DNA from: a virus
Taxonomy: Duplodnaviria > Heunggongvirae > Uroviricota > Caudoviricetes
Reading direction: 5' to 3' (one strand)
IMG/VR virus record: IMGVR_UViG_2541047680_000004
Length of the DNA: 64,000 bases
Shown: piece by piece, positions 47,088 to 55,567 of the stretch
Numbering within the stretch: the first letter of the stretch is position 1
How the letters are laid out: every line of letters starts with the position of its first letter
The notes under the pieces: generated by a model
Databases searched by the model: none
What the model was told of the DNA's origin: nothing
What the model saw: the letters and a program-made list of their open reading frames with translations, nothing else
Translations under genes and position numbers: made by a program

Positions 47088-47107
47088 AAACCCGCCGTAG
47101 CGGGTTT
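47088..47107 (-). terminator. rho-independent terminator (bidirectional hairpin)
   Basis: aaacccgc-cgta-gcgggttt with A6 upstream and T-rich downstream. Confidence 0.6.
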
Positions 47108-47879
47108 ATTGATTCATAGATCGTTTACTCAGAATGTTCACTATATGAGTACAAGCACCTGGGGTGAGATTGATTTTATTAGTCCCCCACTCTTCACGTC
47201 TTCGCATCTGGCCTCCGTCAGACTTACCGATATCCCACGGAATAAAACCACTTACGCCACAGGCATCCTCACCCAATTCCTCTATAAAATTTTCGTTCTT
47301 CGTATCGTAAATTTCGACCAGTCCATGTTTGCGCATACTCACAGCCCAAAGAGTTGCGCCTTTTATCGTCTGTAACGTATCGCAAACCAAGTACTGATAC
47401 TTATCTACGAGATAAAGGTAAGCAAAACTTGCGATGCCTAATCCCATATAATCAGCATGAGTAAAAACCCCTCTAATCTGCTTGGCGCTGACTTTTACTC
47501 CAGATTTATCCTTGATTGGAAACTCGCAGTAGGCCACGCGGAAGACTGTTTGGACTGGCTGCCCCACATGCAACTTGTAGGATTCAATTTCTGCTCCTAT
47601 CTCAAGAGGTGTGTAACCAGCACGTTTGAGTCGCTTAACTTCCTGCTCTTGGTAATCAGGATCACATGACTCAAGACACTCGCCAACAATACAGCGTTCA
47701 TAGGCCGAATCAACAAGCTCGTATTCGGTAAATCGAATTAGATCGAAACCTCGGGAGATAAAATAGAACTCACCGAGAGCGATAATTCTCGTCGCTCTCG
47801 GCATTTCAGACAAGACCTTGCTGTAGTCTTCTATTTCAGGGATTAATCTGTTCGCCTGACCAATTAGAGATGGTGCCAT
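47106..47879 (-). CDS. hypothetical protein
   Basis: 257-aa ORF; no motif recognised. Confidence 0.4.
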   Translation of the reverse strand: MAPSLIGQANRLIPEIEDYSKVLSEMPRATRIIALGEFYFISRGFDLIRFTEYELVDSAYERCIVGECLESCDPDYQEQEVKRLKRAGYTPLEIGAEIESYKLHVGQPVQTVFRVAYCEFPIKDKSGVKVSAKQIRGVFTHADYMGLGIASFAYLYLVDKYQYLVCDTLQTIKGATLWAVSMRKHGLVEIYDTKNENFIEELGEDACGVSGFIPWDIGKSDGGQMRRREEWGTNKINLTPGACTHIVNILSKRSMNQ

Positions 47880-48283
47880 GAAGTATTCTGTGCCGTTGAT
47901 GGTTCCATATCATCGATTTTACAGAATTTCTTCATAAAAGACTCTACAACTTGTTTGATTCGTGAAGAAATATCACGATCTAAACACTTCAAGTCAGGAT
48001 ATTGTTCAGCAACATCTAAAACAAAAGAGGTTCGTTTACCGTTAGCGACAACCTCGGCCAACGGTTTAACCAGTGACGTAGAATTAGAGACCTTTTCGGC
48101 ACGCGCCACATCGCTCTTAAAAGTGACGATGAAGTGCTGGCGGTTAGCTGATTCACGGCACAACATACGTCGCACTTCTACTGCGTCTTCACTGTTGTGA
48201 ATACGCATAGGAAAGCTGTCGATAACCGCAGTATTGGTGCGGATCGTCTGCATAGAACGCGTATTGTCATGATAATTTAGCAT
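47864..48283 (-). CDS. hypothetical protein
   Basis: 139-aa ORF overlapping the downstream gene start. Confidence 0.35.
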   Translation of the reverse strand: MLNYHDNTRSMQTIRTNTAVIDSFPMRIHNSEDAVEVRRMLCRESANRQHFIVTFKSDVARAEKVSNSTSLVKPLAEVVANGKRTSFVLDVAEQYPDLKCLDRDISSRIKQVVESFMKKFCKIDDMEPSTAQNTSWHHL

Positions 48284-48492
48284 ATATCCACCTTAGCCGT
48301 TAACACAAGTGTCATTGCGGCACCCCTCTCGGGGTTGAAGGCTACGAGAATGCGTAGCCTGTATGTGCCCACTTACGTGGATGCCTAATAAATCTACATC
48401 AAATTACTAAATGATTCAACATGAGCTTGAGTGAACAGGCGTGTATATGAGTGAAGATGCCATCTTTAGGATAAAAGGTAAACTGAGATCAA

Positions 48493-48729
48493 TCATCGAC
48501 TCAGTTCAGGTGCCCCCCACTCACACAGCCTTTCACCTATCGTATTGTGGATAAGCAACTGTCGCTCCGTTTCCTCAGTCATAAAATCCTCTCTACTCAC
48601 ATAGATAGGATTTGCAGCATCGCAGAATAGCACGCCTGGAGCCTGCGTCTTAATCACGCACCCATTTATCAAACAGCTCGCGATGAACACCAGAGGCATC
48701 TTTTTGCCGCACTTCATTAACCGTTTCAT
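48493..48729 (-). CDS. o-spanin-like outer-membrane lipoprotein (Rz1-like), overlapping the i-spanin gene
   Basis: Internal start gives MKRLMKCGKKMPLVFIASCLINGC with lipobox; begins inside the 3' end of the upstream Rz-like ORF in another frame. Confidence 0.45.
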   Translation of the reverse strand: MKRLMKCGKKMPLVFIASCLINGCVIKTQAPGVLFCDAANPIYVSREDFMTEETERQLLIHNTIGERLCEWGAPELSR

Positions 48730-48901
48730 TTTTGACATCCACTGTGCTTTGAAGTCGTTTTCTGTCTTCCTGTTTTGCCTTCTCTTCCATTGCTCGTCGC
48801 GCCGCATTCCCGCCCATCGTGTAAGCGCCGACCAGAACGAAAAGAACGGCAGCCAGCGTAATCAAAGCAACTTTTAGCTTTGTCATCAGGCTGCCTAGCA
48901 T
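48650..48901 (-). CDS. i-spanin-like protein (Rz-like)
   Basis: N-terminal TM helix then charged helical periplasmic region; directly downstream of the putative endolysin. Confidence 0.4.
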   Translation of the reverse strand: MLGSLMTKLKVALITLAAVLFVLVGAYTMGGNAARRAMEEKAKQEDRKRLQSTVDVKNETVNEVRQKDASGVHRELFDKWVRD

Positions 48902-48902
48902 A

Positions 48903-49622
48903 TTAGACCATCCCTTTCTGGTGTTTTCTTACCTGCGACCAGGCAATGAATCCTGCCACAACAATAGTGGCAATACCGAAGATGATGCGTACTGTATCCC
49001 CGCTAGAGATATGACCTTGTGCTTTATCCATAGCAGCGGAAACCTGTGGCATAACATCGGCCAGCTGTGCCAGACCAATACCTGCTGTAACAGTTGCGCC
49101 TGCGGTTTCTTTAGTTACAGGAACAGCCTTCACGGTTTTCACCGGCTTAACGACGCCAGCTCGACGCAGACCTTCCTCAATAACTTCTGCCGCATACCAG
49201 GTGTTCAGCGTTTTTAGCGGACCTCGCCCATTCTCATGGCGAATGATTGCCTCAACCAAAGGTCGAAGGATGTCGTAATCATGCAGATCGATGATCATGT
49301 CTGCGGTTACACCAACGGCTTTAGACACCTCATTAATGTAGGCGTCAGTGTTGTTTTCATTCGGCGGTGCCCAACGTTCAATAACTTCACGAATGGTATC
49401 GATACTTGAGCCGTCTTTTGCGCGACGTTTGTCGTGGTAGGTAATTAGAGTCACCGCCAGCGCACGAATCCCCCAAACAGGGTCTTTAAACGTGCAAAAG
49501 CGCGGTTCGTCTGGATTCGCAACCAGACCTTGCCACGGTGATCCTTTATCAAGATTACCGGGGTTATTATTACGAATGCCTCTCGGAGTCTTCATCCTTG
49601 ATCTCCTGTTATTGCAGTCCAT
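48903..49622 (-). CDS. putative lysis protein / peptidoglycan hydrolase with C-terminal membrane anchor
   Basis: Position between holin-like and spanin-like genes; conserved N-terminal GIRNNNPGNL motif; C-terminal hydrophobic helix; catalytic class not established. Confidence 0.3.
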   Translation of the reverse strand: MDCNNRRSRMKTPRGIRNNNPGNLDKGSPWQGLVANPDEPRFCTFKDPVWGIRALAVTLITYHDKRRAKDGSSIDTIREVIERWAPPNENNTDAYINEVSKAVGVTADMIIDLHDYDILRPLVEAIIRHENGRGPLKTLNTWYAAEVIEEGLRRAGVVKPVKTVKAVPVTKETAGATVTAGIGLAQLADVMPQVSAAMDKAQGHISSGDTVRIIFGIATIVVAGFIAWSQVRKHQKGMV

Positions 49623-49944
49623 TTTTTACGCCATACGCGGCTAACCCCAAAAGCAGTGCAGTAATAATGAACGACGTTATTTTAGAAACAATGCCGCCAA
49701 AGAACCCACTGGAGATGGAATCTAACCGGTTAAGGAGTTTGTCCAGATTGGAGTGTTGAATACTATGTTGCGCCGGGGTCATATCACCAAAGTAGGTTTT
49801 CAGCTGATCATTGACCTCTTGGCCAATTTCTTCACGTAGCTCTTTACCTAATTTACCAACAACCTCCCGAGCAACGATCGCGGCAATACGCTCAACTTGC
49901 TCTGTTGTAACGCCCGCCATCTCGTTCGACATATTTTCCTCCAT
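49609..49944 (-). CDS. holin-like small membrane protein
   Basis: 111-aa protein with C-terminal TM segment, first gene of the putative lysis cassette. Confidence 0.35.
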   Translation of the reverse strand: MEENMSNEMAGVTTEQVERIAAIVAREVVGKLGKELREEIGQEVNDQLKTYFGDMTPAQHSIQHSNLDKLLNRLDSISSGFFGGIVSKITSFIITALLLGLAAYGVKNGLQ

Positions 49945-50013
49945 GAAAAGTCAAATCGGGATGGCGGATTTATATCACATTTCACCCTTTTGTTGTAGGT
50001 GTGTGCTTACCTA

Positions 50014-50244
50014 TCATTCAGCATTGCAACGGACTGATGAGAAAGCACCTACTCCAACCCATCGCCAGTTATAGATGCTACCCGCTTTGTATAAGGTATA
50101 GTCGTTCACTTTTTTAACAGCATATATGGGTATGACTGTCTCCTGTCCACCAATGATAGCCTCACCATAACATATAGGTGTCGGCAATTTCTGGCAGCCA
50201 GTAAGAGAGAGAACAACAGCTATTGTTAGAAATAATCTTTTCAT
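50014..50244 (-). CDS. small lipoprotein (Llp-like superinfection-exclusion candidate)
   Basis: 76-aa precursor with lipobox LTGC; sits immediately downstream of the tail-fibre genes, as phage T5 llp sits beside its receptor-binding gene. Confidence 0.45.
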   Translation of the reverse strand: MKRLFLTIAVVLSLTGCQKLPTPICYGEAIIGGQETVIPIYAVKKVNDYTLYKAGSIYNWRWVGVGAFSSVRCNAE

Positions 50245-50254
50245 CGTTTACTCA

Positions 50255-50863
50255 TCAGTTATACAGATTTCTATTTATTACCGGTACTCTGCCATTTACA
50301 CTAAAACTATGGCCGCCATTAAGTTGGTTTACGAATATAGAGCTAACAGTATTTCCATATGCCGCATATCCATAAACCATTGTCATGGCCCCGCCCGGTA
50401 CTGGAACCGCGAACACATTTGCATATGTTGGGATTATCGCTGGCGGGTAATCAAAAACATGCCCTCCAGAACTGTTCCACTCCGTATTATTAAGAAAGGT
50501 AAATGAAAGTGGGATATTTGCCGTATTATAGATCTCCTCTCCTCGCGCATTGAAAAAACTCATGCCCCAAGTTTCTTTTTTGGCTATACCTTTCGAAAAT
50601 ACGTATATCGTGGCACTAGAGTCGCTACCCTGACCTCCGAAACTGTAAATCACCTGGTTGTTACGCACTATTCTGTTGGCTATTAATGAAACAGCTTTCG
50701 AATAGGCAACAAAAATCATCGGTGAACGATCTGGAGATATTTGGGTGTTAAACTCTGTCCCGCCGGACAAAGAAACAACCTGCTTTCTCTGAAAAACGAT
50801 AGGAGACAAAGAAGGAGACATCCAGACCTTCCCGTCAGATCGATATATCTTGCTTCCGTACAT
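50255..50863 (-). CDS. tail-fibre-associated hypothetical protein
   Basis: 202-aa Gly/Ser/Asn-rich ORF coupled (TAATG) to the upstream 84-aa ORF, downstream of the L-shaped fibre gene. Confidence 0.4.
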   Translation of the reverse strand: MYGSKIYRSDGKVWMSPSLSPIVFQRKQVVSLSGGTEFNTQISPDRSPMIFVAYSKAVSLIANRIVRNNQVIYSFGGQGSDSSATIYVFSKGIAKKETWGMSFFNARGEEIYNTANIPLSFTFLNNTEWNSSGGHVFDYPPAIIPTYANVFAVPVPGGAMTMVYGYAAYGNTVSSIFVNQLNGGHSFSVNGRVPVINRNLYN

Positions 50864-51117
50864 TATTTTTGAAAAACCAATATGTTTAAATTACCACTAG
50901 CTCCAGACCACGAAATGGTATTTCCAGAAACCGTAAGACTTGTGTATTTTCCATTGGTTACGTCCATTATGTAATAGTCGATTCCCAATCCCGCCTCAAC
51001 CTCATATGTTCTACTTCCTGAACCAGAGGGAGTAAAATAATCGAGGTAATAAACAGGGGCCAACGCATCGACCATCTCCTGTCTTGATGGCGACCAAACC
51101 TGTGCACCATAGCTCAT
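50863..51117 (-). CDS. hypothetical protein
   Basis: 84-aa ORF between the fibre gene and the 50255..50863 gene. Confidence 0.35.
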   Translation of the reverse strand: MSYGAQVWSPSRQEMVDALAPVYYLDYFTPSGSGSRTYEVEAGLGIDYYIMDVTNGKYTSLTVSGNTISWSGASGNLNILVFQK

Positions 51118-51177
51118 AAATATATCCTTATACTTTTAAGCAGGGGCTGGTTTAGTTCCAGCCCCGATTGAAGTTGT

Positions 51178-54100
51178 TTATTCTTTAGGTGAATTTAACT
51201 TCGTTTCAAGCTCCTCAACCCTTTTGGTCAATTGCTGAATATGATGAATGAGTGGTACAACCAAACGCTCATACATCACTCCTTCAGCGACCATACCATT
51301 TGAGGAAATATCTCCTGGAGAATCATTATTTGTTGGTTCACGCCAATGGACATATTGCGGGGCAATCTCACCAACCTCTTCAGCAATAAGGCCGTAATAC
51401 CCCCAATCCTTTCGGTCACCTCGACAAATTGAACGATACCAAACAGGTCTTAATGACAAAAGTTCATCAGCATATCGATCTTGTAATGTTTCAATATCCT
51501 TTTTATAGCGCCTTGAAGATGTTGAACGCCAAACTGTATTGATACCTGGGTTTGGATCAATGTACATATTGGCACCGCTAGTAGTTGTGCCAATATCCCA
51601 TATAGCAAACCCTCCACTACCGCCTGATTTGACAACCAGTGTTTCAGCAATAATATCCAGGTTGCCACTATAGCCTGTCAGTGATGATCTGCTTGCATAG
51701 GAACTTAGAAGGTTTGTTACCTCTGTTTTCGTATAAGCATTAAGGTTAGCCGCAGTCAAAGTAATATCGGCAGAGCCATCAAACGCCACACCAGCAATTT
51801 TCCTTGCTGTCTGCAATTTTGTGGCTGTTGCGGCATTACCAGTAGTATTCTGATTACCGGTTGTATTCACACCAGGGATTGAATCCTTAGCGGTATATAC
51901 CTGCGCCCACGCTGACCATGCCGCATCAGTGGTATCTCTTCTGGAGCGAATGAAAACCGGCGCATGTGCACCGCTCGTACCACTCCAGCCAATAAGCAAC
52001 TCGCCCTCACCAGCAGCACTCGCACCTTTCATGTGCAATACGTTGCCATACGTGGTCGGGTAGCTATTGTTGTACGCCTCGTACATTTGAATGCCAGCAG
52101 TACCTTGAGTAGAACCGCTTAAAGCCGTAACTCGACCACGAGAAACCAATGTATTAATATTGATATCACCTGAACCATCAAACTTAACACCATTGATGTT
52201 TCTCGCTGTTTGCAACTTCGTAGCTGTTGAAGCATTGCCATTCAAGCTACCATTTACGCCACCAGTAACATTTAGTCCATTACCAATAGACACAACACCG
52301 CTGCTATTATTAATTATAATCGGTCGCAAACTGTTCCATGAACCTAACGTATCTCCTGATGCTGTTAGCATGAAATATGTGCTGCCGCCGTCATTACGGA
52401 TAAAGAACCCGTAGTTACCGTAAGCAATGCGGAAACCATTTGCATATTTTGAAACGATCTCACCAGAAGACGTCAACCCTCCAGATAATGTGCCACCTGA
52501 AAGCGGTAATGCTCCTACATCAGAAGCTGTTGGTTTGTTTCTAGTGTTATAAGAACGACGCCAGCCTGGCGCATAATCACTCCCATTGTACACATAAATA
52601 AATTCCGCATTATTAACACCACCATGACCTGATGTTGTTGCCGTTGTAACACGAATAGTGTAGTGGCTTGTTGCCTTATTACTAAACACCTCAATCACGG
52701 AACCAGATAGATCGATCCTACCGCAACCAGTGTCGTCTATATAATTATTGTTGGCGTAAGTCCATGAGCACCGTGCGATCCAATGTTTGTTTGTAAATGC
52801 CCCCTGATTGTTTAGCCAAGTTATAAATTGAGCAGTCGTAAATGCCGTTCCGTTACCACTATTTAACCATCCAGCGGCAGCGGTTGGTGCGTTTATATCA
52901 GCCGGCTGAGGCATAAATCCAGTCGTGTAAACCTGCTCCCAACCACTTTCAAAACCATAGCCATCTCTTGAGGAACGGTAGAACAGACCACCATTTTTAT
53001 AGTGAGCTTTAATTTGAAGCGTACGGCAACTACCTACACCGGTATAAAAGTTGGCAAGAATATAACTGGCGCCTGTTCTAGTTACATTGTAAGCACCAGA
53101 TTCAGCATTCCACGGCACGCCACCATCAGCATCCGCATATGACCCTGTTGCCCTTCTTGCGAAAGCGGCAACATGCGCAGCGGTTAAAGTGATATCAGTA
53201 GAACCATCAAATGGAACACCGGATATTTTTCTTGCAGTCTGAAGTTTTGTAGCAGTTGCAGCATTACCAGTGGTGTTCTGATTACCCGTAGTGTTTACAC
53301 CTGGAAGGTTGATATTTGCAGAACCGTCGAAACCAACTCCACCGATAGATCTTGCCGTCTGCAATTTCGTTGCTGTACTTGCATTACCATTTAATGTTCC
53401 GGTGATCCCACCAGTAACAGACAACGGACCTGAAACTGTTCCTCCGGTTGTTGGCAGTGCTCCAATATCTAACGGCGTCGGTTTCTGATGTGTGCTATAC
53501 ATCGTATAAACAACACCATCGGTAACGCTGGAAGGCTTACTCGCTGAATATGTTGGCGATGTATAAACAGAAACTGACGCATTTGCAGTACAATCCCAAT
53601 GGATATTTACACTCGTCGCATAATTGCCAATTTCAACGTAAATATCATATGTATCGCCGGATGTGTTGATCCAGGCGAAATTCGTTAATCCGACAGCTGT
53701 ACGCTTCCACAAAGCACCTGTAATCCCTTTGGGGTTTCCATTGCCTGCTCGTAGAACCAGTTCTGAAATGCCTGCCTGATGTGGGGAGCCGACGTTGTAA
53801 CCAGCGCCACCAATCAATGCGATGTAAACGATGGAACTCGCTTGTGGCATTGTAACAGTAGCCAGTTTGAACCACCCGGCCCCGCCAGAGAAAGACATCG
53901 TTATTGAATTTAAAGTACCAATATCTTTCGGCGTTAATGTGATATCCGCAGTCAGTGCTTTCCCGTTAATTTTTCGGTTAGATGGCACCCTGCTGTTCGC
54001 ATTGTCATTGACTACTTTAACTGCTTTTGGCGTTGCGGCCAGCGATTCACTGGTGCTGTCGACAGCACTGCTAAGTTTCACAACACCTTTAGTTGTAAGG

Positions 54101-55476
54101 CTTGCGTCTTCCATCGCAACTGCACCGGCAATCTCTTCAGCACGATCAGCAGCAGCTTCCGCACGGGTCGCAGCGGATTCAGCAGCAGTTTTGCTCTGAG
54201 ATGCTGCCGTCGCACTGCCTGCCGCCTCTGTTGCTTTCGTGGATGCCGTCGTGGCGCTGCCCTTCGCTGCTGACGCCTGTCTGGTCGCCTCATCTTTTGA
54301 AGCAGACGCAGATGATGCCGATGACGCTGCCGAACTGGCGGACGATGCGGCTGCCGTTTTTGAGGATTCTGCACGGGTTTCCGACGCTTTCGCGTTCGTT
54401 TCGGATGTCTTCGCTGCGGAAGCAGACCTCGCTGCTGCGCTGGCCTGTTCAGTGGCTTCGCCAGCCTTCGTTGTGGCTGTTGAAGCAGATGATGCGGCAC
54501 TTTCTGCCGATTTTCCGGCGGCGGTGGCACTGGCTGAGGCCTGCCCGGCACTTGTTGACGCGGCACTGGCAGACGACGCAGCCGCTGTTTTTGAGCCTGC
54601 CGCAGCCGAGGCGCTCTGTCCCGCTGCCGTTTCAGAAGACCTGGCGTTCGTCTCGGACGTTTTTGCCGCCTTCGCGGAATTTCCTGCCGCCGTTGCCGAG
54701 GAAGCGGCATTACTGGCGCTCGAGGCTGCGCTCGTTTCTGATGATTTCGCTGCCTCTTTTGAGGCCGCCGCATCCCGGGCTGAGGTGGCAGCTTCTGACG
54801 CCTTCGTGGTCGCGGTGGATGCAGAAGTGGCTGCAGATTTTTGTGACGCTGCAGCATTCGTTTCAGACGTTTTCGCGGCACCGGCACTGGTGGCCGCCGC
54901 GCTTTTTGAGGACTCTGCAGCGGATGCACTTTGAGACGCTTGAGAGGCTTTTTCTCCAGCGGTATTGGCGCTTTCTGCTGCTGCGGCAGCACTGGCCGCC
55001 GCCTCACGAGCTTTGTCGCCAGCAGCATCAATCGCGTCAGTGTTATTTTTATACCACTCAACGTTTTCGTTGTGCTCGTTGACGATCTGCATTAGCGGCT
55101 TAACGGTCACTTCTGTACCGTCTTCACGCTCGATTGTCACCTCATCCAGAGCAGTCAACCAACTGCGCATGGACTTGGAATCAGCCGACATACGCGACAT
55201 TAGTGCTGTAAAGCGCGCGCTAAACTGTGTTAAGTCGCCTTCATAGGTCGTAATGATTCGGCACGGAACTTCAGACTGAGTTTCGCCGGTATAGGGTTCT
55301 GAGAGAACAATGTTCGTATCACTGGTTACGCGCTTGATCTCATACAGCTTATTGTCGGGGCCAATGACGATCATCCCCGGCAACACACCATTAGCTGTTA
55401 CGTTCCAGGCTGTCCCTGCCCCAACCAGAGTATTGCTGCCCTGTGTAAATGTGATAGTACCTTCCCTGTACCACAT
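51178..55476 (-). CDS. long tail fibre with C-terminal intramolecular-chaperone (peptidase S74-like) domain
   Basis: 1432 aa; Ala/Ser/Thr-rich stalk; triplicated GNASTATKLQTAR ... FDGS modules; C-terminal SRRYKKDIETL ... chaperone/autoproteolysis-like domain as in T5 pb1-type fibres. Confidence 0.75.
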   Translation of the reverse strand: MWYREGTITFTQGSNTLVGAGTAWNVTANGVLPGMIVIGPDNKLYEIKRVTSDTNIVLSEPYTGETQSEVPCRIITTYEGDLTQFSARFTALMSRMSADSKSMRSWLTALDEVTIEREDGTEVTVKPLMQIVNEHNENVEWYKNNTDAIDAAGDKAREAAASAAAAAESANTAGEKASQASQSASAAESSKSAAATSAGAAKTSETNAAASQKSAATSASTATTKASEAATSARDAAASKEAAKSSETSAASSASNAASSATAAGNSAKAAKTSETNARSSETAAGQSASAAAGSKTAAASSASAASTSAGQASASATAAGKSAESAASSASTATTKAGEATEQASAAARSASAAKTSETNAKASETRAESSKTAAASSASSAASSASSASASKDEATRQASAAKGSATTASTKATEAAGSATAASQSKTAAESAATRAEAAADRAEEIAGAVAMEDASLTTKGVVKLSSAVDSTSESLAATPKAVKVVNDNANSRVPSNRKINGKALTADITLTPKDIGTLNSITMSFSGGAGWFKLATVTMPQASSIVYIALIGGAGYNVGSPHQAGISELVLRAGNGNPKGITGALWKRTAVGLTNFAWINTSGDTYDIYVEIGNYATSVNIHWDCTANASVSVYTSPTYSASKPSSVTDGVVYTMYSTHQKPTPLDIGALPTTGGTVSGPLSVTGGITGTLNGNASTATKLQTARSIGGVGFDGSANINLPGVNTTGNQNTTGNAATATKLQTARKISGVPFDGSTDITLTAAHVAAFARRATGSYADADGGVPWNAESGAYNVTRTGASYILANFYTGVGSCRTLQIKAHYKNGGLFYRSSRDGYGFESGWEQVYTTGFMPQPADINAPTAAAGWLNSGNGTAFTTAQFITWLNNQGAFTNKHWIARCSWTYANNNYIDDTGCGRIDLSGSVIEVFSNKATSHYTIRVTTATTSGHGGVNNAEFIYVYNGSDYAPGWRRSYNTRNKPTASDVGALPLSGGTLSGGLTSSGEIVSKYANGFRIAYGNYGFFIRNDGGSTYFMLTASGDTLGSWNSLRPIIINNSSGVVSIGNGLNVTGGVNGSLNGNASTATKLQTARNINGVKFDGSGDININTLVSRGRVTALSGSTQGTAGIQMYEAYNNSYPTTYGNVLHMKGASAAGEGELLIGWSGTSGAHAPVFIRSRRDTTDAAWSAWAQVYTAKDSIPGVNTTGNQNTTGNAATATKLQTARKIAGVAFDGSADITLTAANLNAYTKTEVTNLLSSYASRSSLTGYSGNLDIIAETLVVKSGGSGGFAIWDIGTTTSGANMYIDPNPGINTVWRSTSSRRYKKDIETLQDRYADELLSLRPVWYRSICRGDRKDWGYYGLIAEEVGEIAPQYVHWREPTNNDSPGDISSNGMVAEGVMYERLVVPLIHHIQQLTKRVEELETKLNSPKE

Positions 55477-55567
55477 GTTGAATATGCTCCTTGATTTGGT
55501 GGGCTATCCTTGCCCCCATTAAGTGTGTACCTACTTATTTTTACCGATATAAATATTTTTTTCTACA

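Noticed and set aside
54078-55082. Three long overlapping ORFs (54078..55061 minus, 54102..55082 plus, 54239..54934 plus) with Pro/Arg/Gln- or Ala/Asp-rich translations
   Set aside because: They lie entirely inside the Ala/Ser-rich low-complexity stalk of the fibre gene in alternative frames or antisense; their composition is the mirror of the repeat, so they are frame artefacts.
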